A DNA stretch of 64,000 bases from Candidatus Latescibacterota bacterium (GTDB lineage Bacteria > Latescibacterota > UBA2968 > UBA8231). The DNA lies in contig OY730476.1 in the NCBI GenBank assembly GCA_963422735.1, forward strand, positions 128,001 to 192,000, in the 5' to 3' direction. The notes beneath the pieces are model-generated. The model saw only the letters and a list, made by a program, of their open reading frames with translations, did not search any database and had not been told where the DNA came from. Shown in pieces: positions 42,657-54,376 of the stretch. Both the position numbers and the translations under genes were made by a program. Positions within the stretch are counted from its first letter, which is position 1; each line of letters starts with the position of its first letter.

Positions 42657-44735
42657 ATGGCACGACAATTTTCACAACAAGACACGCGCAATATCGGGAT
42701 TGCGGCTCACATTGACGCCGGCAAGACCACTACTACTGAGCGGATCCTCTATTACACTGGCCGCGTTCACCGCATGGGAGAGGTCCACGAGGGCACGGCG
42801 ACGATGGACTGGATGGAGCAAGAGCGCGAGCGCGGCATTACCATCACCTCTGCGGCTACCGCTTGCGAGTGGAAAGATCACCGCATCAATATCATCGATA
42901 CGCCCGGCCACGTGGATTTTACCGCCGAGGTTGAGCGTTCGTTGCGCGTCCTCGACGGTGCCATAGGCGTCTTCTGTGCGGTCGGCGGGGTAGAACCCCA
43001 GTCCGAGACCGTCTGGCGCCAAGCTGACAAGTACGGGGTTCCGCGCATTGCTTTTGTCAACAAGATGGATCGTAATGGGGCTGATTTTTTTCAGGTCCTG
43101 AGCATGCTCAAAGAGCGATTAAACAGCAATTTCGTGCCCGTCCAGTTGCCCATCGGAGTTGGTGAGACATTCAACGGCTTGATAGACTTGATCGGGATGA
43201 AGGCCATTACCTATGAAGAGGCCAGCCAAGGCGTCAAGTTTTTCGAGGACGAGATCCCCGCGGATTTGCTGGAGAATGCCTTGCAATATCGCGAAAACCT
43301 GCTCGAGGCAGTGGCTGAATTCGACGACGGGCTGCTCGAAAAATTCCTCGAAGGGGAGGAAATTCACCCCGACGAGATTCGATCTGCACTGCGCCAAGCC
43401 ACCATCGCTCTAAAGGCCGTGCCCGTAACGTGCGGTAGTGCTTATAAATACAAAGGCGTCCAGCGCTTGCTCGACGCGGTACTGCACTATCTTCCGTCCC
43501 CGGCCGACATCGGCGAAATCAAGGGCATGCTACCCCATTCCAGCGCAGAGGCGGTGCGTCCGGCCCGCGATGATGCGTCTTTTGCCGGGTTGGCCTTTAA
43601 GGTTATGACGGACCCCTTTGTCGGGCGTCTTACCTTTGTTCGCGTCTATTCAGGTGTGCTAAGCTCGGGCACTTATCTCTACAATGTGACTACTGAGCGT
43701 CGCGAGCGGACCGCGCGCCTGCTGGAGATGCACGCCAACGATCGCACCGAGCTGCCTCATGCTTATGCCGGTGATATAGTCGCTGTGGTCGGTCTCAAAA
43801 ACACAACTACTGGCGATACGCTTTGCGATGAGCAGCACCCCATTGTCCTGGAAAAGATCGAATTTGCCGAGCCGGTGGTCCATGTGGCAATTGAGCCAAA
43901 GACGCGAGCGGATCAAGAGCAGCTATACATTGCCCTGTCCAAGCTCAGCGAGGAAGATCCGACCTTTCAGATCAAGCTCGACGACGAGACAGGCCAGACG
44001 ATCATGTCGGGCATGGGCGAACTGCACCTAGAGATACTCATTGACCGCCTCTTCCGCGAGTTCAAGGTCGAGGCCAATGTCGGTAAGCCCCAAGTGGCCT
44101 ACAAAGAAGGTCTGCGCAAGGCCGTCGAGAGCACCGGTCGGTTCGTGCGGCAGACAGGAGGCCGCGGCCAGTACGGACACGTCGAGTTGGAGATCGAGCC
44201 AGGCGAGCCGGGCAGTGGGCTGGTCTTCGAGTCGAAAATTATCGGTGGCAACATCCCGAGGGAATACATCAATCCAGTGCGCGAGGGTATCCTTGAGGCG
44301 ATGACCACCGGCCCTGTTGCCGGTTATCCGATCGAGGATGTTAAGGTCGTGCTGGTAGATGGATCGCATCACGAGGTTGACTCATCGGAAGTCGCCTTTA
44401 AGGTCGCCGGGACCATGGGCTTCAAAGACGGTGCTCTGAAGGCGACTCCCTATCTCATGGAGCCGATCATGGAGTTGGAGGTCGTTGTCCCCGAGCAATA
44501 TCTGGGCGACGTAATGGGCGATCTCAATTCGCACCGGGGTGAGATACAAGGCATCAATCCCCGTTCCGATGCCCAGGTCGTCAAGGCCTTCGTGCCGCTG
44601 AGCGAGACTTTTGGTTACGCTACTCGTCTGCGCTCGCTGACCCAAGGACGGGCGCTTTTTACCATGCAGTTTTCCAAGCACCAAGCCGTCCCAAAGCACA
44701 TCACTGAAGAAATCGTCGACAACACTCAAAGTTAA
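42657..44735 (+). CDS. fusA: Elongation factor G
   Basis: [21 protein letters not shown]. Confidence 0.99.
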   Translation: MARQFSQQDTRNIGIAAHIDAGKTTTTERILYYTGRVHRMGEVHEGTATMDWMEQERERGITITSAATACEWKDHRINIIDTPGHVDFTAEVERSLRVLDGAIGVFCAVGGVEPQSETVWRQADKYGVPRIAFVNKMDRNGADFFQVLSMLKERLNSNFVPVQLPIGVGETFNGLIDLIGMKAITYEEASQGVKFFEDEIPADLLENALQYRENLLEAVAEFDDGLLEKFLEGEEIHPDEIRSALRQATIALKAVPVTCGSAYKYKGVQRLLDAVLHYLPSPADIGEIKGMLPHSSAEAVRPARDDASFAGLAFKVMTDPFVGRLTFVRVYSGVLSSGTYLYNVTTERRERTARLLEMHANDRTELPHAYAGDIVAVVGLKNTTTGDTLCDEQHPIVLEKIEFAEPVVHVAIEPKTRADQEQLYIALSKLSEEDPTFQIKLDDETGQTIMSGMGELHLEILIDRLFREFKVEANVGKPQVAYKEGLRKAVESTGRFVRQTGGRGQYGHVELEIEPGEPGSGLVFESKIIGGNIPREYINPVREGILEAMTTGPVAGYPIEDVKVVLVDGSHHEVDSSEVAFKVAGTMGFKDGALKATPYLMEPIMELEVVVPEQYLGDVMGDLNSHRGEIQGINPRSDAQVVKAFVPLSETFGYATRLRSLTQGRALFTMQFSKHQAVPKHITEEIVDNTQS

Positions 44736-44783
44736 AGCTGTAATCGCCTTCCTAGGAACTAAGGAAAGGAGAGGATTAAGGAA

Positions 44784-45974
<1,191 letters not shown>

Positions 45975-46003
45975 GGACAGCCGCGTTAGGGAGATACGAT
46001 CCA

Positions 46004-46312
46004 GTGGCAGTTGACAGAATACGCATTCGCCTCAAAGCCTACGACCACATGGCGTTGGATAAATCTGTGGACGAGATAGTCCAGACGGTCAAGCGAAGCG
46101 GGGCCCGTATCGCCGGCCCGGTACCGCTGCCGACGGCTCGTACTGTGTACACCGTGCTGCGGTCCCCACACGTGGACAAGAAATCGCGCGAACAGTTTGA
46201 GACGCGCATCCACAAGCGGCTCATCGACATTTACGATTCGACGCCGCAGACCGTGGACGCACTGATGAAGCTCGATCTGCCCGCGGGCATCGGCATCGAC
46301 ATAAAGGTTTGA
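46004..46312 (+). CDS. rpsJ: 30S ribosomal protein S10
   Basis: [14 protein letters not shown]. Confidence 0.98.
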   Translation: MAVDRIRIRLKAYDHMALDKSVDEIVQTVKRSGARIAGPVPLPTARTVYTVLRSPHVDKKSREQFETRIHKRLIDIYDSTPQTVDALMKLDLPAGIGIDIKV

Positions 46313-46319
46313 TTGGACA

Positions 46320-46958
46320 ATGGGTGTGCAGGTAGAAGTGCTAAATAGCGAAGGGCAAGCAAACGGCTCAGTGGAATTGCCCGAGGATTTGTTCGGCATT
46401 GCGGTTTCGGAATACGCCCTCTACCGAGCCATCGTCGCTAATCAAGCAAATCAGCGGCAGGGGACGGCCTCGGCTAAGACCCGGTCCGAAATAGCCCGCA
46501 CGAGCAAGAAGCACCATCGCCAGAAAGGTACGGGTTGGGCGCGTCGGGGTTCGCTGCGTTCGCCGTTGGTGCGCGGTGGCGGCGTGGCTTTCGGTCCCCG
46601 TCCCCGCTCTTATTCTTCCAAGCTGCCCAAGTCCCTCAAGCGTTTGGCATTCCGCTCGGCACTCACGCTCAAAGGCACAGAGGAGCAGATTAAGGTCGTC
46701 ACCGACTTCGACTTTCCCGCTCCTAGTACCCGTTCCTTTCAGAAGGTTATTGAAGCGTGCGGTCTCAAAGGCCAGAAGGTCCTGCTTGTCACTGTGGAAA
46801 GCTCTCCGGTGTTGATCAAATCGAGCCGCAATTTGCCCAAGGTGAAAATTGCCCATCTCGGTTCGCTATCTACCTATGACTTGCTGGCAACGGATGTGGT
46901 CTTATTTACTCGCCAAGCCCTTGACCGGCTCGTAGAAAACTGTGGCCAAAGGGGCTGA
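46320..46958 (+). CDS. rplD: 50S ribosomal protein L4
   Basis: RQGTASAKTRSE, QKGTG, GGGVAFGPRP. Confidence 0.96.
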   Translation: MGVQVEVLNSEGQANGSVELPEDLFGIAVSEYALYRAIVANQANQRQGTASAKTRSEIARTSKKHHRQKGTGWARRGSLRSPLVRGGGVAFGPRPRSYSSKLPKSLKRLAFRSALTLKGTEEQIKVVTDFDFPAPSTRSFQKVIEACGLKGQKVLLVTVESSPVLIKSSRNLPKVKIAHLGSLSTYDLLATDVVLFTRQALDRLVENCGQRG

Positions 46959-46962
46959 GAAA

Positions 46963-47247
46963 ATGAACCCGCGAGCGATTATTCAGAAGCCGGTGATCAC
47001 CGAAAAAGCCTCCATGTTGCGCGAGGGCAACAAATACGCCTTTCGCGTCCATCCCAAGGCCAACAAGATCCAGATCCGCCAGGCAGTAGAATCCGTTTTT
47101 TCGGTCAAGGTAGAATCCGTCCGCACCATCAAGGTCCCCAGCAAGCCCAAGCGACAAGGGATGTACCAGGGGCAGCGTGCCGGTTGGAAAAAAGCCTACG
47201 TGACGCTCCGGGCCGGCGACTCTATTGAATTTGCAGAAAATATCTAG
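46963..47247 (+). CDS. rplW: 50S ribosomal protein L23
   Basis: PVITEKA, WKKAYVTL. Confidence 0.96.
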   Translation: MNPRAIIQKPVITEKASMLREGNKYAFRVHPKANKIQIRQAVESVFSVKVESVRTIKVPSKPKRQGMYQGQRAGWKKAYVTLRAGDSIEFAENI

Positions 47248-47263
47248 CTAAGTTGGTCTCGAT

Positions 47264-48097
47264 ATGGCAGTCAAGAAATTCCGCCCCACAACCCCGACGC
47301 TGCGCTACAAGACGGTCAGCTCCTTCGAGGAGCTAACGCGCAGCAAGCCTGAGAAGTCCTTGCTCGCAGCTACCGTTGGCAAGTCGGGAGGGCGCAACAA
47401 TCAGGGACGCCGGACCATGCGTCGGCGTGGAGGGGGACACAAGAGGCGTTATCGCGTCATTGACTTCAAGCGGACCAAGCTCGGTGTACCGGGTCAGATC
47501 ACTGCGATCGAATACGATCCCAACCGCTCGGCATTTATTGCTCTTGTCGTCTATGCCGACGGAGACAAGCGCTATATTCTCGCGCCTTTGGGCCTGAAGG
47601 TCGGGGCCGAGGTCATCGCCGGTCCTAATGTCCCCATTCAAGTCGGCAATGCCTTGCCGTTGGCCAATATTCCCTTGGGAGCGACGGTTCACAATGTCGA
47701 GCTCAATCCCGGTCGCGGCGGTCAGCTAGCGCGTAGCGCGGGTGCTGAAGTACAGCTTCTCGGCCGCGATGGCGGGCGGGCGCAACTGCGCCTACCTTCC
47801 GGGGAAAATCGCGAAGTACCCGTCCAGTGCATGGCGACCTTGGGTCAGGTGGGCAATGTAGAACACACGAATATTGTCATTGGCAAGGCTGGTCGCTCGC
47901 GTTGGTTGGGGCGCAGACCCAAGGTGCGGGGCGTAGTTATGAATCCGGTTGACCACCCGCATGGGGGTGGTGAAGGCCGATCTTCGGGCGGACGGCACCC
48001 GGTCACTCCTTGGGGAAAGCCCACCAAGGGGTACAAGACGCGCAAGCGCAAAAGCCAAAGCAATCAGTGGATCATACGCCGGCGCAACGCGAAGTAG
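47264..48097 (+). CDS. rplB: 50S ribosomal protein L2
   Basis: [13 protein letters not shown]. Confidence 0.98.
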   Translation: MAVKKFRPTTPTLRYKTVSSFEELTRSKPEKSLLAATVGKSGGRNNQGRRTMRRRGGGHKRRYRVIDFKRTKLGVPGQITAIEYDPNRSAFIALVVYADGDKRYILAPLGLKVGAEVIAGPNVPIQVGNALPLANIPLGATVHNVELNPGRGGQLARSAGAEVQLLGRDGGRAQLRLPSGENREVPVQCMATLGQVGNVEHTNIVIGKAGRSRWLGRRPKVRGVVMNPVDHPHGGGEGRSSGGRHPVTPWGKPTKGYKTRKRKSQSNQWIIRRRNAK

Positions 48098-48106
48098 CGA
48101 GGGATT

Positions 48107-48394
48107 ATGGCAAGATCGATCAAAAAAGGCCCTTTTATCGATGGGCATTTAGCAAAAAAGGTCGAGCACCTCAATCGCACAGGCGACAAGCAGGTCGTAC
48201 GGACTTGGTCGCGGCGCTCGACCATTACGCCCGACTTCGTCGGTCATACGCTAGCCGTTTATAACGGCAACAAATTCATTCCGGTGTATATCACAGAGAA
48301 CATGGTCGGGCACAAGCTCGGCGAGTTCGCTCCGACCCGCACCTTCCGCGGCCACGGGGGGCGGTTGACCGAGCGCGGCACGAGAGTGCACTAA
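48107..48394 (+). CDS. rpsS: 30S ribosomal protein S19
   Basis: [13 protein letters not shown]. Confidence 0.98.
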   Translation: MARSIKKGPFIDGHLAKKVEHLNRTGDKQVVRTWSRRSTITPDFVGHTLAVYNGNKFIPVYITENMVGHKLGEFAPTRTFRGHGGRLTERGTRVH

Positions 48395-48396
48395 GC

Positions 48397-48744
48397 ATGG
48401 AAGCCAAGGCCATACTCAAACAAATTGGCGTACCGACCGCTAAGGTGCGCCAGCTTATTGACCTGATTCGCGGCAAGCCAGTCGCTGAGGCCCTTACCAT
48501 TCTTCGGTTTTCGCCTCGCCCAGTGGCCAAGCTGGTCGAAAAGACACTGCGTTCGGCCATATCCAATGGGATAAATCAGGACGAAGAAAATCCGGTCGAC
48601 GCCGATGATCTCTACGTAACTCGCGTCTTCGCCGACGAAGGACGCGATCTCAAGCGCATTCGTCCGCGGGCCCGCGGTTCGGCTGATCGCATTCGCAAGC
48701 GCCACTGCAATCTCACAGTCGTCGTCAGCGACGAGGTCAACTAA
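48397..48744 (+). CDS. rplV: 50S ribosomal protein L22
   Basis: RIRPRARG, and position. Confidence 0.96.
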   Translation: MEAKAILKQIGVPTAKVRQLIDLIRGKPVAEALTILRFSPRPVAKLVEKTLRSAISNGINQDEENPVDADDLYVTRVFADEGRDLKRIRPRARGSADRIRKRHCNLTVVVSDEVN

Positions 48745-48754
48745 GGGGGACACC

Positions 48755-49411
48755 TTGGGCCAGAAAACACATCCATACGGCTTCCGTCTCGGGGTCATCA
48801 AACCTTGGTGTTCAAATTGGTTCGCCGAAAAGGATTTTTCCGAGTTGCTCAAGGAAGACCTCATGCTTCGGCGCTACGTGCGCCAGCGCCTACAGCGAGC
48901 CGGCGTGTCCCAGATCAACATTGAGCGCCAGCCCAAGCGGGTTACCGTTGAAGTGCATACGGCTCGTCCTGGTATTGCCATTGGGCGCCGTGGGGCCGAA
49001 GTTGATAAGATCCGCGACGAACTCAAGGCTCTGACCAGCAAGGATGTCTCACTCAATATCCAAGAGATCAAAAAGCCTGAACTAGATGCTCAGCTAGTGG
49101 CCGACAATCTCGCCCGCCAGCTAGAGCAGCGCGTTTCTTTCCGCCGGGCCATGAAGAAATCCGTCGCCTCATCGATGCGCATGGGGGCCGAAGGCATCCG
49201 CATCGTCTGTTCCGGGCGCATCGGCGGTTTGGAGATGGGGCGGCGCGAGCGTTCCGAGCCAGCCGGTCGGGTCCCCTTGCACACGCTGCGCGCCGATATC
49301 GACTACGCCATGGCGACGGCATATACCGTATCGGGGACTGTAGGCGTAAAAGTTTGGATTTGTCACGGCGAAGTCGTGGCCGAAGAAGAAGGGGCCGCTC
49401 GGGCGGTCTGA
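48755..49411 (+). CDS. rpsC: 30S ribosomal protein S3
   Basis: MGQKTHPYGFRLG, GRVPLHTLRADIDY. Confidence 0.98.
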   Translation: MGQKTHPYGFRLGVIKPWCSNWFAEKDFSELLKEDLMLRRYVRQRLQRAGVSQINIERQPKRVTVEVHTARPGIAIGRRGAEVDKIRDELKALTSKDVSLNIQEIKKPELDAQLVADNLARQLEQRVSFRRAMKKSVASSMRMGAEGIRIVCSGRIGGLEMGRRERSEPAGRVPLHTLRADIDYAMATAYTVSGTVGVKVWICHGEVVAEEEGAARAV

Positions 49412-49429
49412 TTATAGCGAGGCTCTCTC

Positions 49430-49840
49430 ATGTTGATGCCCAAGAAGTCCAAGTGGAGGAAGCAGGCGCGGGGGCGTATGCGCGGACAGACCAAAGGGGG
49501 GGACATGGTTTCCTTCGGCGAATATGGTCTCAAAGCCCTCGAGCCTTGTTGGGTTACCAGTCGCCAGATCGAGGCTATGCGCGTGACGATTAGTCGGGCG
49601 ATGAGCCGCACGGGCAAGATGTGGATCCGCATTTTTCCCGATAAACCGATCACCAAGAAACCGGCCGAAACCCGCATGGGCAAAGGCAAGGGGTCGCCCG
49701 AAGGATGGGTTGCGGTCGTCAAACCCGGACGGGTAATGTTCGAGCTTTCCGGGGTGCCCGAAGCCATGGCCAGCGAGGCATTCCGCCGTGCTGGCCACAA
49801 ACTGCCCATCAAGACCAAGGTCGTCAAACGAGTTACATGA
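49430..49840 (+). CDS. rplP: 50S ribosomal protein L16
   Basis: TRMGKGKG. Confidence 0.98.
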   Translation: MLMPKKSKWRKQARGRMRGQTKGGDMVSFGEYGLKALEPCWVTSRQIEAMRVTISRAMSRTGKMWIRIFPDKPITKKPAETRMGKGKGSPEGWVAVVKPGRVMFELSGVPEAMASEAFRRAGHKLPIKTKVVKRVT

Positions 49841-49844
49841 GGCT

Positions 49845-50060
49845 ATGAAGGTCAGCGAATTGCGCGAGATGAGTTTAGAGGAAGTGCGAAACAGGTTGGA
49901 AGAACTGCACGAGGAATTCTTCAACCTGCGTTTTCAGCACGTAGCCGGCCAGTTGACTAGCCCCATTCGGTTGCGGCAGGTGCGGCGCGATATTGCCAAG
50001 GCGCACACAGTGCTCAAAGAGCACGCCCTCGGGCTTCGCCCCTTGGCCGGTGGGAAATAG
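49845..50060 (+). CDS. rpmC: 50S ribosomal protein L29
   Basis: FNLRFQ...VRRDIAK. Confidence 0.95.
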   Translation: MKVSELREMSLEEVRNRLEELHEEFFNLRFQHVAGQLTSPIRLRQVRRDIAKAHTVLKEHALGLRPLAGGK

Positions 50061-50067
50061 GTGGGAA

Positions 50068-50325
50068 ATGGCTAAACAAAAGAGAGGCCGGCGTCAGGCT
50101 GAAGGCCGAGTACTCAAGGCCAACAACATCAAGACGCGGATCGTGGCGGTTGAACAGCGCATTCCGCATGCCCTGTACGGCCGGATCATCCGCCGCACCG
50201 CCAAGTTCGTCGCCCACGACGAGCGGGGAGAGTCGCAGGTTGGCGATCTCGTGCGCATTGAGGAGTGTCGGCCTATGAGCAAGACCAAACGTTGGCGGCT
50301 CGTCGATGTATTAGAGCGGCAGTAA
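50068..50325 (+). CDS. rpsQ: 30S ribosomal protein S17
   Basis: AHDE...[18 protein letters not shown]. Confidence 0.96.
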   Translation: MAKQKRGRRQAEGRVLKANNIKTRIVAVEQRIPHALYGRIIRRTAKFVAHDERGESQVGDLVRIEECRPMSKTKRWRLVDVLERQ

Positions 50326-50353
50326 ATCAAGATTTAGGCTTGTTAGGAACAAA

Positions 50354-50722
50354 ATGATTCGGGAATACAGCGTAGTCAAAATGGCGGATAACGCCGGGGC
50401 CCGTACAGGCCGCTGCATTCGCGTACTCGGCGGCTCCCGCAAGCGCTATGCCAGCATTGGCGACATGATCGTAGTCGCCGTCCACGGCGTAGCCCCGAAC
50501 GGGCCCTTAGAGGAAGGGCAAGTCGTCAAGGCCGTAGTCGTGCGGACCAAGAAGGAATATCGCCGTCCCGATGGCTCTTATATCCGCTTTGACGACAATG
50601 CCGCCGTATTGGTCAACGACGACAAGGAGCCAACAGGTACTCGCATATTCGGGCCTGTGGCTCGCGAACTGCGCGAAAAGCAATACATGCGCATTGTCTC
50701 ACTGGCACCTGAGGTAGTCTGA
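50354..50722 (+). CDS. rplN: 50S ribosomal protein L14
   Basis: [13 protein letters not shown]. Confidence 0.98.
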   Translation: MIREYSVVKMADNAGARTGRCIRVLGGSRKRYASIGDMIVVAVHGVAPNGPLEEGQVVKAVVVRTKKEYRRPDGSYIRFDDNAAVLVNDDKEPTGTRIFGPVARELREKQYMRIVSLAPEVV

Positions 50723-50733
50723 GGAAAAGCACA

Positions 50734-51051
50734 ATGGACATTCGCAAAGGCGATACAATACAGGTCATAAGTGGCAACGACAAAGGGCGGCGCTCGACTG
50801 TACTCAGTGTGCTTAAAGATCGGGGGCGCGTCATCGTCGAAGGCGTGAATATGCGCAAGCGTCACACTCGTCCCACATCGCGCGATCCCCAAGGGGGTAT
50901 TGTTGAGCGCGAGGCTCCCATTCACATTTCCAATGTCCTGATCGTTTGCCCCAAGACCGACCAACCGACGCGCATCGGGCACAAGAAGCTGGACAGCGGT
51001 AAATACGTGCGCGTCTCTAGGCGCAGCGGCGAAATGATCGACCCAGAATAA
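50734..51051 (+). CDS. rplX: 50S ribosomal protein L24
   Basis: EAPIHISNV. Confidence 0.97.
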   Translation: MDIRKGDTIQVISGNDKGRRSTVLSVLKDRGRVIVEGVNMRKRHTRPTSRDPQGGIVEREAPIHISNVLIVCPKTDQPTRIGHKKLDSGKYVRVSRRSGEMIDPE

Positions 51052-51054
51052 ACC

Positions 51055-51600
51055 ATGTACGAAGCCAGATTAAAAAAACAGTACAGAGAAGAGGCGCTGC
51101 CTCAGCTCAAGGACCGCTTCGCCTTTAAGAACGACATGCAGGTGCCGCGCTTGCAGAAGGTCGTCGTCAACATGGGCGTTGGAGAGGCGGTGCAGGAGCC
51201 TAGGGTGCTCGAAGGCGCGGTATCCGAATTGACGGCGATTACCGGCCAAAAGCCCGCCATCCGCCACGCCAAGAAGGCAATCTCAAACTTCAAGTTGCGC
51301 GTCGGCATTCCCATCGGCTGCATGGTCACCTTGCGAGGCATCCGCATGTACGAGTTTCTCGACCGCTTGATCTGTTTTGCCTTGCCACAGGTGCGAGATT
51401 TCCGCGGGGTTTCTCCCAAGAGCTTCGACGGACGCGGCAACTACAATCTGGGCGTCAAGGAACAACTCATATTTCCCGAGGTCAACTACGATATGATTGA
51501 CCAAGTCCGGGGCATGAATATCACCATCGTCACCTCGGCTAAAAGCGACGAAGAAGGACAAGAGTTGCTCAGGTTGCTGGGCATGCCCTTCAGTCAATAG
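51055..51600 (+). CDS. rplE: 50S ribosomal protein L5
   Basis: [10 protein letters not shown]. Confidence 0.98.
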   Translation: MYEARLKKQYREEALPQLKDRFAFKNDMQVPRLQKVVVNMGVGEAVQEPRVLEGAVSELTAITGQKPAIRHAKKAISNFKLRVGIPIGCMVTLRGIRMYEFLDRLICFALPQVRDFRGVSPKSFDGRGNYNLGVKEQLIFPEVNYDMIDQVRGMNITIVTSAKSDEEGQELLRLLGMPFSQ

Positions 51601-51619
51601 AGCCGGAAAGAACCTGCTA

Positions 51620-51805
51620 ATGCCAAAGAAATGCCTAATAGCCAAAGCGCAGCGCAAACCCAAGTTTTCCTCGCGGGCTTATACCCGCTGCCACCGCTGT
51701 GGACGCCCGCGTGCCGTATATCGCAAGTTCGGCCTGTGCCGCATCTGTTTTCGCGAGTTGGCCCTCAAGGGCGAGATTCCAGGCGTTAGTAAGGCGAGTT
51801 GGTAG
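51620..51805 (+). CDS. rpsN: 30S ribosomal protein S14, type Z
   Basis: RCHRCGRPR...LCRICFRE. Confidence 0.97.
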   Translation: MPKKCLIAKAQRKPKFSSRAYTRCHRCGRPRAVYRKFGLCRICFRELALKGEIPGVSKASW

Positions 51806-51823
51806 CAGGTTGGAGAAATCAAT

Positions 51824-52222
51824 ATGAGTATGACTGATCCCATAGCGGACATGTTGACCCGCATTCGCAACGCCTGCAGTGCCAAGCATTCGAAGGTTGA
51901 TGTGCCCGCCTCTAAGCTGAAGCGAGAAGTAGCTCGCGTATTGGCCGAGTCCCGTTTTATCGACAACTTCGCTTTTATTGAAGATAGCAAGCAGGGCATT
52001 TTGCGGCTCTATCTGCGCTACGATCAGAATGACAATAGTATCATCCGCGGGATAGAGCGCGTCAGCAAGCCCGGGTTGCGCCGATATTCGGGCAAAGCCA
52101 ATATTCCGCGCGTACTCCGCGGGCTGGGCATCGCCATCATCTCCACCTCTAAGGGAGTGATGACAGATAAAGAAGCGAGGATGAACGGCGTAGGCGGCGA
52201 AATCCTCTGTAGCGTCTGGTAA
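51824..52222 (+). CDS. rpsH: 30S ribosomal protein S8
   Basis: [12 protein letters not shown]. Confidence 0.98.
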   Translation: MSMTDPIADMLTRIRNACSAKHSKVDVPASKLKREVARVLAESRFIDNFAFIEDSKQGILRLYLRYDQNDNSIIRGIERVSKPGLRRYSGKANIPRVLRGLGIAIISTSKGVMTDKEARMNGVGGEILCSVW

Positions 52223-52247
52223 ATGAAGCCACTGGGAGAATGTTAAA

Positions 52248-52805
52248 TTGTCGCGCATAGGCAGCAAACCCCTTTTCTTACCGCAGGGCGTTGAAGTCGC
52301 GTTGGCTCCTGCCGAGGTCTTCGTAAAAGGGCCAAAGGGCCAGTTACAGGTGCCGTTTGTCACCGAGCACCTCGCGGTGGCTCAGCAGGACAGTGCTTTA
52401 ACTGTGACGCGCAAAAGCGAGAGCAAACAGGCTCGCTCCCTACACGGATTGACCCGCACCTTGATCGCCAATGCGGTTGAGGGGGTTTCCGGGGGGTTTT
52501 TCAAGAACTTGGATCTATTCGGCGTAGGGTACCGAGCCGAGATCCAGGGCAGACAACTCGTGCTCCACGTAGGTTATTCGCATCCGGTGCTCTACGAGGT
52601 GCCCAAGGATATCCAAGTCGAAGTGTCCGCGGGTGCTGGAGGCGCACAAGCCCGCATCGTCGTCAGGGGTATCGACAAGCAACTCGTGGGTCAGGTGGCC
52701 GCCGATATTCGCTTTAAGCGCCGCCCGGAGCCCTACAAGGGCAAGGGGATCCGCTATGAGAACGAGACTATTCACTGGAAACAGGGCAAGACGGCAGTAG
52801 GCTAA
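52248..52805 (+). CDS. rplF: 50S ribosomal protein L6
   Basis: PEPYKGKGIRY. Confidence 0.98.
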   Translation: MSRIGSKPLFLPQGVEVALAPAEVFVKGPKGQLQVPFVTEHLAVAQQDSALTVTRKSESKQARSLHGLTRTLIANAVEGVSGGFFKNLDLFGVGYRAEIQGRQLVLHVGYSHPVLYEVPKDIQVEVSAGAGGAQARIVVRGIDKQLVGQVAADIRFKRRPEPYKGKGIRYENETIHWKQGKTAVG

Positions 52806-53179
52806 TGAAAGACAAAAAACACTTGGTCGAGAATCGCCGGCGGCGGCACCGGCGGCGGCACCGGCTGCGCAAGATGGTCTCCGGTACACCCGTGCGTCCG
52901 CGCATGGTGGTACATCGTTCCCTGCGCCATATCGAGGTGCAGCTAGTCGACGATGTGGCGGGTCATTCCCTTATAGGGCTTTCTACTCAGTCTCGGGAGC
53001 TAAGGGAACGGCAGTTTGACAGTCGAGTGGTTCAAGGGCACGAGGTTGGCAAAATGGTCGCTGCTAAGGCGCGCGAAAAAGGCATTGAGCAGGTCGTTTT
53101 TGACCGCGGCGGATTTCTCTATCACGGGGTGATAAAAGCCGTGGCCGATGGGGCGCGGGAAGCTGGTTTGAATTTCTAA
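52805..53179 (+). CDS. rplR: 50S ribosomal protein L18
   Basis: [10 protein letters not shown]. Confidence 0.97.
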   Translation: MKDKKHLVENRRRRHRRRHRLRKMVSGTPVRPRMVVHRSLRHIEVQLVDDVAGHSLIGLSTQSRELRERQFDSRVVQGHEVGKMVAAKAREKGIEQVVFDRGGFLYHGVIKAVADGAREAGLNF

Positions 53180-53190
53180 GGGAGAACGGC

Positions 53191-53724
53191 GTGGCGAAAG
53201 CAAATACTAGCAGAGCGAAATCCGATCCCAGCGGTACAGAGCTGAGCGAAGTTGTCGTCCAAAACAGCATCAAGCGAGTTTCGCACGTGCGCAAGGGCGG
53301 TCGGCGCTTTAGCTTCAGCGCGATGGTCGTAGTTGGCGACCGCAATGGCCGCGTGGGATTTGGTGCTGGCAAGGCCGGCGAGATCGCTGAGGCCATTCGC
53401 AAGGGTGCCGAGGCGGCAAAAAAGAACGTCGTCGAGGTTCCGGTGACTGACGGGACCATACCGCATGAGGTCGTCGGGGTCTTCGGCGCGGCCAAGGTTC
53501 TTTTTAAGCCTGCTACCCCGGGGACTGGAATTATCGCCAGCGGCGGCACCCGCATCGTACTGGAGCTGGCCGGCGTCCACGATATTCTGACCAAATCCCT
53601 CGGATCCAACAACGTGCAGAATTCAGTGAAGGCGACCGTCAAAGCACTGACGCAACTACGCAGTGCCGAGATGATCGCTCGGGAGCGCGGGGTGCCGGTG
53701 GAATCGCTCCGCGCTTGGGACTAA
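53191..53724 (+). CDS. rpsE: 30S ribosomal protein S5
   Basis: [17 protein letters not shown]. Confidence 0.97.
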   Translation: MAKANTSRAKSDPSGTELSEVVVQNSIKRVSHVRKGGRRFSFSAMVVVGDRNGRVGFGAGKAGEIAEAIRKGAEAAKKNVVEVPVTDGTIPHEVVGVFGAAKVLFKPATPGTGIIASGGTRIVLELAGVHDILTKSLGSNNVQNSVKATVKALTQLRSAEMIARERGVPVESLRAWD

Positions 53725-53730
53725 CAGCCA

Positions 53731-53913
53731 ATGAAACTGGTCATTACACAGCGGCGCAGTGCTATCGGCCGCGCCAAAGGTCAAAAAGCGACGATCGCGG
53801 CTTTGGGAATCAAGCGCCTATATCAACAGGTTGTACACAACGACACGCCCCAGATCCGGGGTATGATCGCCAAAGTCAAGCATCTGGTCGCAGTTGAGGA
53901 AGTAGAAGAATAA
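53731..53913 (+). CDS. rpmD: 50S ribosomal protein L30
   Basis: RSAIGR...IRGMIAKVKHL. Confidence 0.96.
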   Translation: MKLVITQRRSAIGRAKGQKATIAALGIKRLYQQVVHNDTPQIRGMIAKVKHLVAVEEVEE

Positions 53914-53926
53914 GCGAAAGCGTGCC

Positions 53927-54376
53927 ATGCGTCTAAAAAATATAAAATGCCCTCCGGGGTCTAAGCGGAGCCGCAAGCGATTGGGACAAGGGCCGGGTTC
54001 GGGGACGGGCAAGACCGCGGGCAAAGGCCACAAAGGTCAGCGGGCTAGATCCGGTGCTAGGCGCGGTAACCGCATTGGGTTCACCGGCGGCACACTACCG
54101 CTGTTCCGCCACATTCCCAAAGTGGGTTTTTCCAACCGCAAATTCAAAACGATCTATCAGGTCATCAATCTGCGGGATCTCGAAGAAAAGGGACTCAGCG
54201 GGGAAATAGGGCCAGAGGAAATGGCTGCTGCCGGTTTGATCGCCAAGCCATCAGGACTGCTGAAGGTCCTAGGCGAAGGGGAACTGAGTCAACCCCTGAC
54301 GATCAAGGCGCACAAATTCTCCACTGCGGCAGCAGAGAAAATTGCCAAAGCGGGCGGCCAGGCCGAGGTGATTTGA
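53927..54376 (+). CDS. rplO: 50S ribosomal protein L15
   Basis: GSGTGKTAGKGHKGQRARSG. Confidence 0.97.
   Translation: MRLKNIKCPPGSKRSRKRLGQGPGSGTGKTAGKGHKGQRARSGARRGNRIGFTGGTLPLFRHIPKVGFSNRKFKTIYQVINLRDLEEKGLSGEIGPEEMAAAGLIAKPSGLLKVLGEGELSQPLTIKAHKFSTAAAEKIAKAGGQAEVI

Noticed and set aside
52838-52864. 12-bp tandem repeat CGGCGGCGGCAC in rplR
   Set aside because: In-frame Arg/His-rich coding repeat with no evidence of a further role.
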